The notes below the pieces were generated by a model. That model searched no databases. It saw nothing but the letters and a program-made list of their open reading frames with translations, and was not told the origin of the DNA. A stretch of 62,929 nucleotides of DNA, counting the filler, from an uncultured Chlamydiae bacterium (lineage in GTDB: Bacteria > Chlamydiota > Chlamydiia > Chlamydiales > SM23-39): NCBI GenBank assembly GCA_937899275.1. It is 9 parts of 9 records of this genome, joined end to end, with 100 filler letters (N's around TTAATTAATTAA, not from the genome) between each part and the next. Parts side by side here need not be neighbours in the genome. Positions count along the whole stretch, not along the records: positions 35,997 to 62,929 come from CALBPE010000010.1; 8 more parts are not named here. One strand, 5' to 3'. The translations under genes were made by a program, and so were the position numbers. Shown here one piece after another: positions 57,641 through 62,929 of the stretch. The stretch's first letter is position 1, and the number at the start of each line of letters is the position of its first letter.

Positions 57641-58166
57641 TACCGTCTATCCCTCCGAGATCTTTGACCCGAAAGATGCGCCTGTATTCGACAGAAAAAC
57701 CGCTGCTTGGATCCGTTTTTTAGCCAGAATGGTCGATTATTCTGGTTTTTTTCTCTTACTGTATTTTGTTAGGAAATATCTTTTCTACTTGCCGACCCAT
57801 GTATTTTGGTTGTTTCCGTTAGAGTACCTTCTTTTTGTGCCGATCGAAGCTTGCTGTTTGCGTTGGAAAAAATCGACACCTGGAAAAGCGTTACTAAAAA
57901 TACAAGTGCAAAAATCGCATCGCACCCTGACCATCCGAAGCGCTTTAAAGCGCTCTTGTAAGGTCTATGCACAAGGCTGCGCGCTTGGGTTTTTCTGGGT
58001 CGCTATTTTTTCTATGTCCATAGCCTATGTAAGGCTTGTACAAACGGGAAAAACAAGCTGGGATTTTGAAGAAGAGTCTGCTGTTTTGCACCGCATGCCA
58101 AGTAAGGAAAGGATCTTATTTTCTTTAGGACTGATTCTTTTCGTATTTTTTTTCAAAATGTACTAG
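57630..58166 (+). CDS. RDD family membrane protein
   Basis: WIRFLARMVDY, STPGKALLKIQV, TSWD. Confidence 0.85.
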   Translation: MGDNTVYPSEIFDPKDAPVFDRKTAAWIRFLARMVDYSGFFLLLYFVRKYLFYLPTHVFWLFPLEYLLFVPIEACCLRWKKSTPGKALLKIQVQKSHRTLTIRSALKRSCKVYAQGCALGFFWVAIFSMSIAYVRLVQTGKTSWDFEEESAVLHRMPSKERILFSLGLILFVFFFKMY

Positions 58167-58284
58167 ATTCTGCAAATGCAAAGGAATTTCCCCTTGCTGT
58201 AAACAACTATTTTTCATTAAATGAGTGAATAGAGAAACGTAGTAAAATGACGCTTTTCTCAATAAAACACTACTGTCTACACAC

Positions 58285-60996
58285 ATGCCTGAATCACTTT
58301 TTGATCCTTCAATGAACATTTTGCACCGACCTTACCGAGAGCTCGATGCGATTTTTTCACCTAAATCTGTAGCCGTTATCGGCGCAAGTGAAAGGATAGG
58401 CAGTGTGGGCCGGACGCTAGTAACCAACTTGCTAAAAAATCCTTTTGGGGGCGTCATTTTTCCCATCAATCCCAAAAGATCTTCGATTATGGGCTTAAAA
58501 GCCTACCCATCTATTGATCAGATAAAAGAGCCGATTGATCTTGCAATTATTGTAACGCCTGCAAAAACGGTTTCTCGCCTTGTAGAAGAGTGTGTAAAAG
58601 CAAAGGTGCGCGGGATCATCATCATTTCTGCAGGTTTTAAAGAAATGGGAGATCCTGGCATCAAGTTAGAAAAAACCATACAGCAGCTTGTAGCTGGTAA
58701 AAATACCCGCATAATCGGTCCTAATTGCTTAGGTATTATGAACCCTATATTTGGGAACAATCCCACATTTGCAGCCGATATGGCGCATGCAGGCAACCTT
58801 GCTTTCATTAGCCAGTCTGGCGCTTTGATTACAGCGGTTTTAGACTGGAGCCTAAAGCAAAAAGTGGGGTTTAGCTCCGTTGTATCTATTGGATCGATGT
58901 TAGATATCAGCTGGGGAGACCTCATCGATTATTTTGGGTCTGATCCCCATACAGAAAGCATTTTGATCTATATGGAAAGTATCGGCAATCCGCGCGCCTT
59001 TTTATCCGCTGCAAGGGAAGTTGCCCGAACAAAACCCATCATTTTAATCAAAGCGGGAAAAAGCGCCGAGTCTGCTAAAGCCGCCGCTTCCCATACAGGA
59101 GCGCTTTCTGGATCTGATGATGTACTCAACGCAGCGCTTGCTAGAGCAGGCGTGCTCCGCGTTGATACCATAGCCGATCTATTTAGTATGGCAGATGTAC
59201 TTTCGAAGCAACCAAGAGCAAAAGGTCCTAGACTCAGTATTGTGACGAACGCAGGGGGACCTGGAGTTATTGCAACCGATGCATTAATAGAAAACCAGGG
59301 AGAGCTTGCGCAAATTAGCCCTTCAACGCATCAGGAGCTCGATGCGCTTTTACCGCCGCAGTGGAGCCGTAATAATCCGATTGATATATTAGGTGATGCA
59401 AGTCCTGAGATTTATGGAAAAGCTGTGACTATCGCTCAACGAGATGAAGAGTCTGACGGAACGCTTGTGATTTTAACGCCGCAAGATATGACTGATCCCA
59501 CCACTTCTGCCCAGCATTTAACCCAGCGCCAAAATGGGGAAAAACCTCTTCTAGCTAGTTGGATGGGAGGCGCTATCGTTGAACAAGGGATCGATTTGTT
59601 GAATAGAGCAAAAATCCCCACATTTGAGTATCCCGATGAAGCGGCTAAAGCTTTTGGTTATATGTGGCGTTACAACTACAATTTACAAGGGCTTTATGAA
59701 ACGCCCAAAAAATTTGCTGAGATCTCGTCTAAAAAAGTGGAAGAAAGAAATGCGTTTATTCAACAAACGAGACAAAAAGCAAGCCGAGAAAATCGGACAA
59801 TTCTCACAGAATACGAAGCGAAAAAACTCCTCCAACTCTACGGCATACCTACTGCTTTGACTACCATAGCTTCTTCAAAAAAAGAAGCCGTTACAGAAGC
59901 AAAAAATATCGGCTTTCCCGTTGTCTTAAAACTACATTCTTCTACCATTACCCATAAATCTGATGTAGGGGGAGTGCAGCTCAACCTCCAAACAGAAGAA
60001 GAAGTAGAAAAAGCGTACGATTCCATCTATGAAAACGTAGCTAAAAAAGCGTCTTCAAGCGACTTTTCAGGTGTCAGCGTGCAACCTATGATCTCTTTAA
60101 GCGAAGGCTATGAGCTGATTGTAGGCTCGTCGGTCGATCCTGAATTTGGCCCCACCATCCTTTTTGGTCTTGGAGGCTCTTTGGTAGAGGTTTTTCAAGA
60201 TCGAGCGCTAGCTCTTCCTCCTTTAACCAGCACCTTAGCAAAAAGGATGATGGAAAAAACAAAAATTTACCAAGCTCTACAAGGAGTGAGGGGAAAAAAG
60301 GGCGTTTCGATGCAAAAATTAGAAGCGCTTCTTGTGCAATTTAGCCATATGTTGAGTAACGAGCCTTGGATTAAAGAGTGTGACATCAACCCCCTTTTTG
60401 TCTCTTCTGAAACCATCATCGCTTTAGATGCTAGAGTTGTTTTATACGAGCCGGAAGAAAAACCCGTTCCATTAGCAATTAGACCTTACCCAGAAGGCTG
60501 GGTATCTTCCCACACTACAAAACAAGGTGCAACAATTACCATACGGCCCATCACTCCAGAAGATGAGCCGATGATTGCCGAGTTTTATAAAGAGCTTTCT
60601 GAAGAAAGCATCCGCCTTCGCTATGTCCAGTCGTTTCATTACGATGAAAGAACAGCTCATGAAAGGCTTACCCGCATCTGCTTCAACGACCATGAAAGAG
60701 ATATCGCTCTAATTGCAGTAAAAGACGAAGCATTAGGTATTGCAAGACTGAGCAAAATTCCCGGCTCAAAAAGAGCTGTATTTACAATGATTGTAAAAGA
60801 TACAAAGCAAAATCAAGGTATCGGCGCAGCGCTTTTACAAAGCGTTTTGACCATTGCAAAAAAAGAGGCAATCGATCTGATTTTTGCTGAGCTATTGGAA
60901 GAAAACCATCAAATGAAAGCCGTTCTCCAAAAGTTTGGTTTCACTGTAGAAAAAGGCAAAGAGCGCCTTTTTGCTACTTTGGATTTATCGAAATAA
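58285..60996 (+). CDS. Acyl-CoA synthetase (NDP-forming)-like protein fused to GNAT (Pat/PatZ family)
   Basis: [53 protein letters not shown]-terminal GNAT (QNQGIG). Confidence 0.93.
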   Translation: MPESLFDPSMNILHRPYRELDAIFSPKSVAVIGASERIGSVGRTLVTNLLKNPFGGVIFPINPKRSSIMGLKAYPSIDQIKEPIDLAIIVTPAKTVSRLVEECVKAKVRGIIIISAGFKEMGDPGIKLEKTIQQLVAGKNTRIIGPNCLGIMNPIFGNNPTFAADMAHAGNLAFISQSGALITAVLDWSLKQKVGFSSVVSIGSMLDISWGDLIDYFGSDPHTESILIYMESIGNPRAFLSAAREVARTKPIILIKAGKSAESAKAAASHTGALSGSDDVLNAALARAGVLRVDTIADLFSMADVLSKQPRAKGPRLSIVTNAGGPGVIATDALIENQGELAQISPSTHQELDALLPPQWSRNNPIDILGDASPEIYGKAVTIAQRDEESDGTLVILTPQDMTDPTTSAQHLTQRQNGEKPLLASWMGGAIVEQGIDLLNRAKIPTFEYPDEAAKAFGYMWRYNYNLQGLYETPKKFAEISSKKVEERNAFIQQTRQKASRENRTILTEYEAKKLLQLYGIPTALTTIASSKKEAVTEAKNIGFPVVLKLHSSTITHKSDVGGVQLNLQTEEEVEKAYDSIYENVAKKASSSDFSGVSVQPMISLSEGYELIVGSSVDPEFGPTILFGLGGSLVEVFQDRALALPPLTSTLAKRMMEKTKIYQALQGVRGKKGVSMQKLEALLVQFSHMLSNEPWIKECDINPLFVSSETIIALDARVVLYEPEEKPVPLAIRPYPEGWVSSHTTKQGATITIRPITPEDEPMIAEFYKELSEESIRLRYVQSFHYDERTAHERLTRICFNDHERDIALIAVKDEALGIARLSKIPGSKRAVFTMIVKDTKQNQGIGAALLQSVLTIAKKEAIDLIFAELLEENHQMKAVLQKFGFTVEKGKERLFATLDLSK

Positions 60997-61026
60997 ATCG
61001 ATTTTTTCTAATGCCCCCTCACTCAG

Positions 61027-62007
61027 TTACACTCCATACCGGTAGTATCCCATAAAGCAAATACCTATGAAATACAAACAGAAGATACCCCAAAGAGAGC
61101 TGGAGCGTTTTAGTTCTTTAGGTACTTCTTTCCATAGAAAAATGCCATACAAAAAACTTAGGAGAGGCGCCAATTGCACTGCGAAGAAAATCCCGATTTC
61201 ATGAGGCGTTGCTTCTGCGTGCAGTTTAAGTCCTAGCCCTAAAAACCAAAGCATACCTCCTAGCATCCCTAAATCGTGGTGCCTAAGGGGAATGGAGAGA
61301 GAAGAGGAAAATAAAAGAGAGTGGCCAAATAGGGGGTTTTTCATGAGAAAAGGACCAAAAAAAAGATGGCAAAATACCATGCCTATACATAGAAAAGAGC
61401 TGGCTACATTTGGACTCAGCTTTTGAATATCCACGGGATCTAATGCGCGGTCAAATAGGGGATAGAAAAGACCTACAAATACCCCTGCTAAGCAAGATAA
61501 AAAAAGGGTTCTTTTAGCTACGCTAAACCGCAATAGTTTTTGCAGAGAAAACATCCAGAAAATCGCTGTAGAAATGCAAGCGGCGCTAAGGAGAAAAATA
61601 CTGGTAGAATCTCCTGTAGTAAAATAAGAATAGATCCCTTGATCTGCAATCAGCCCGGTGCCAAAAACAGCCATTAAGGTAAATGCCATTCCAGAAAAAG
61701 CTGTAGAGGCAACAAGTAGGCAAATCGCAATATTGAATAATACTCCTGCAAGAAATGCTCTTGTAACTAAAATAAACTCCCTATGCCAGGCGTCTTTCAT
61801 CAAAAAGGGGATGTTTTCTACTGAAAGAAAAAACAAGAAAAGCGCCATAAAAATTGCAGATAGCAGCATGCCTACCACAAAATCGATGTAATACGTTTCA
61901 AAACGGAGCCCTTTAACCAATTTTAACGTGTTGATCCAAGATCCCCATAAAAATGTGGTGCCTAAGAGAAAAATCCAGTGTACTGTTTCATAATTTTCTA
62001 TTGCCAT
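61027..62007 (-). CDS. DMT-superfamily transporter (GRP sugar / ureide permease-like)
   Basis: WGSWINTLKL...RFETYYIDF, AGVLFNIA, GIFLWKE; about 10 TMs. Confidence 0.7.
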   Translation of the reverse strand: MAIENYETVHWIFLLGTTFLWGSWINTLKLVKGLRFETYYIDFVVGMLLSAIFMALFLFFLSVENIPFLMKDAWHREFILVTRAFLAGVLFNIAICLLVASTAFSGMAFTLMAVFGTGLIADQGIYSYFTTGDSTSIFLLSAACISTAIFWMFSLQKLLRFSVAKRTLFLSCLAGVFVGLFYPLFDRALDPVDIQKLSPNVASSFLCIGMVFCHLFFGPFLMKNPLFGHSLLFSSSLSIPLRHHDLGMLGGMLWFLGLGLKLHAEATPHEIGIFFAVQLAPLLSFLYGIFLWKEVPKELKRSSSLWGIFCLYFIGICFMGYYRYGV

Positions 62008-62105
62008 AGCTATTTATTAAAAAAAACGGGACTGAATTGCAATCTTTTTTCCTTCGATTTTATCTATCATGCAACTTATACTGATGTTTTCAAAGACAGT
62101 ACATT

Positions 62106-62929
62106 ATGCCCTCTACTTTTGCTACGCCCACAAGCACCGAAGCGTTTTTCAAGGTGCATAGCATCCATCCAGATAAAATCCGTAAACTCGATGGTTTATC
62201 TATCTCGGCTCTTTCAATGGGAACGTATTTAGGTCCAATTGATGATCGAACCGATGAAGAATACATCAGCGCACTTTTACTAGGCGCCTCTCATGGGATC
62301 AATGCCATTGATACTGGTTCAAGCTACCGCAAACAGCGGAGTGAAAAAATGCTGAAAAAGTTTTTTTCTGGACTATCTTCTTACGGTATCGATCGAGAGC
62401 AAATCGTTGTATCTACAAAGGTGGGGTTTATTCCAGAAAGCGCTGATGAAGATAGCTATGAGGGATATATCCGCTCGAAATATGTGGAAAAAGGGATTTT
62501 ACAGCATCAAGATATCCTGCAAGATTGTTATGCTATTTCTCCAAGGTTTATTGAAGAAGAGCTCTATACCAGCTTAGAAAATACAGGGCTTTCCTGTTTT
62601 GATCTTTATTACATCAATTACCCAGAAATCCCCCTAATGCATTTAGGAGAAGAAGGATTTGCAGACAAAATGATTGCCGCGTTTTCCCTTCTTGAAAGCA
62701 AGGTTGCTGAAAAAACGATACGAAGGTATGGGATCGCTACTTGGAATGGCCTTCGTAAAAAGCCGGAAATACCGGGGGTTTTATCGATTGAAAAGCTGGT
62801 AGAGTACGCAAAAATAGCAGGGGGAGAAAATCTCCATTTTCGCGTGATACAAACCCCTTTTAACCTCGTGATGTTAGAAGCAATTAGAACGCAGTATCAG
62901 CCGGGAGAAAAAACCCCTTTATCCGCTGC
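62106..62929 (+). CDS. Aldo/keto reductase, runs off window end (not in the ORF track)
   Basis: SALSMGTYLG, GINAIDTGSSYRKQRSE, VVSTKVGF, IRRYGIATW, IQTPFNL. Confidence 0.88.
   Translation, partial: MPSTFATPTSTEAFFKVHSIHPDKIRKLDGLSISALSMGTYLGPIDDRTDEEYISALLLGASHGINAIDTGSSYRKQRSEKMLKKFFSGLSSYGIDREQIVVSTKVGFIPESADEDSYEGYIRSKYVEKGILQHQDILQDCYAISPRFIEEELYTSLENTGLSCFDLYYINYPEIPLMHLGEEGFADKMIAAFSLLESKVAEKTIRRYGIATWNGLRKKPEIPGVLSIEKLVEYAKIAGGENLHFRVIQTPFNLVMLEAIRTQYQPGEKTPLSA

Overview
A 62.9-kb pseudo-scaffold from an environmental chlamydia (phylum Chlamydiota). Evidence for the lineage: an NTT nucleotide translocase, histone-like HctB, Inc-like bilobed membrane proteins, the atpE-DUF2764-atpA...tal and smpB-dnaN-recF gene orders, and class I FbaB. 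It is nine contigs joined by eight artificial 100-bp linkers (N44-TTAATTAATTAA-N44), so adjacency across linkers means nothing. Most genes are housekeeping or metabolic (glmS, mgtE, recO, nrdB, V-ATPase, tal, polA, kbl, pgi, nagZ, recF, dnaN, smpB, sod, gloB, sua5, Pat/ACD), plus three tRNAs (Arg-TCG, Leu-TAG, Pro-TGG). Many genes carry isolated in-frame TAA/TAG/TGA stops or frameshifts, including atpA at a contig edge. This points mainly to low-coverage consensus errors rather than recoding. The most interesting content is a set of candidate host-manipulation genes that the ORF track fragments. (i) A eukaryote-type USP (peptidase C19) deubiquitinase at 40054-41845 is split over three ORFs but keeps its Cys and His boxes; it sits across tRNA-Leu from two paralogous Inc-like genes. 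(ii) A 604-aa protein is built from two copies of an unrecognised domain, each preceded by a Cys cluster, with an MGC N-terminus suggesting host lipidation. (iii) There are further Inc-like and T3SS-like orphans. Also notable: xylose isomerase, heptosyltransferase WaaC, PagL and NagZ (atypical for Chlamydiaceae), and a decayed IS2-like element. All calls come from motif recognition by eye; no database searches were run.
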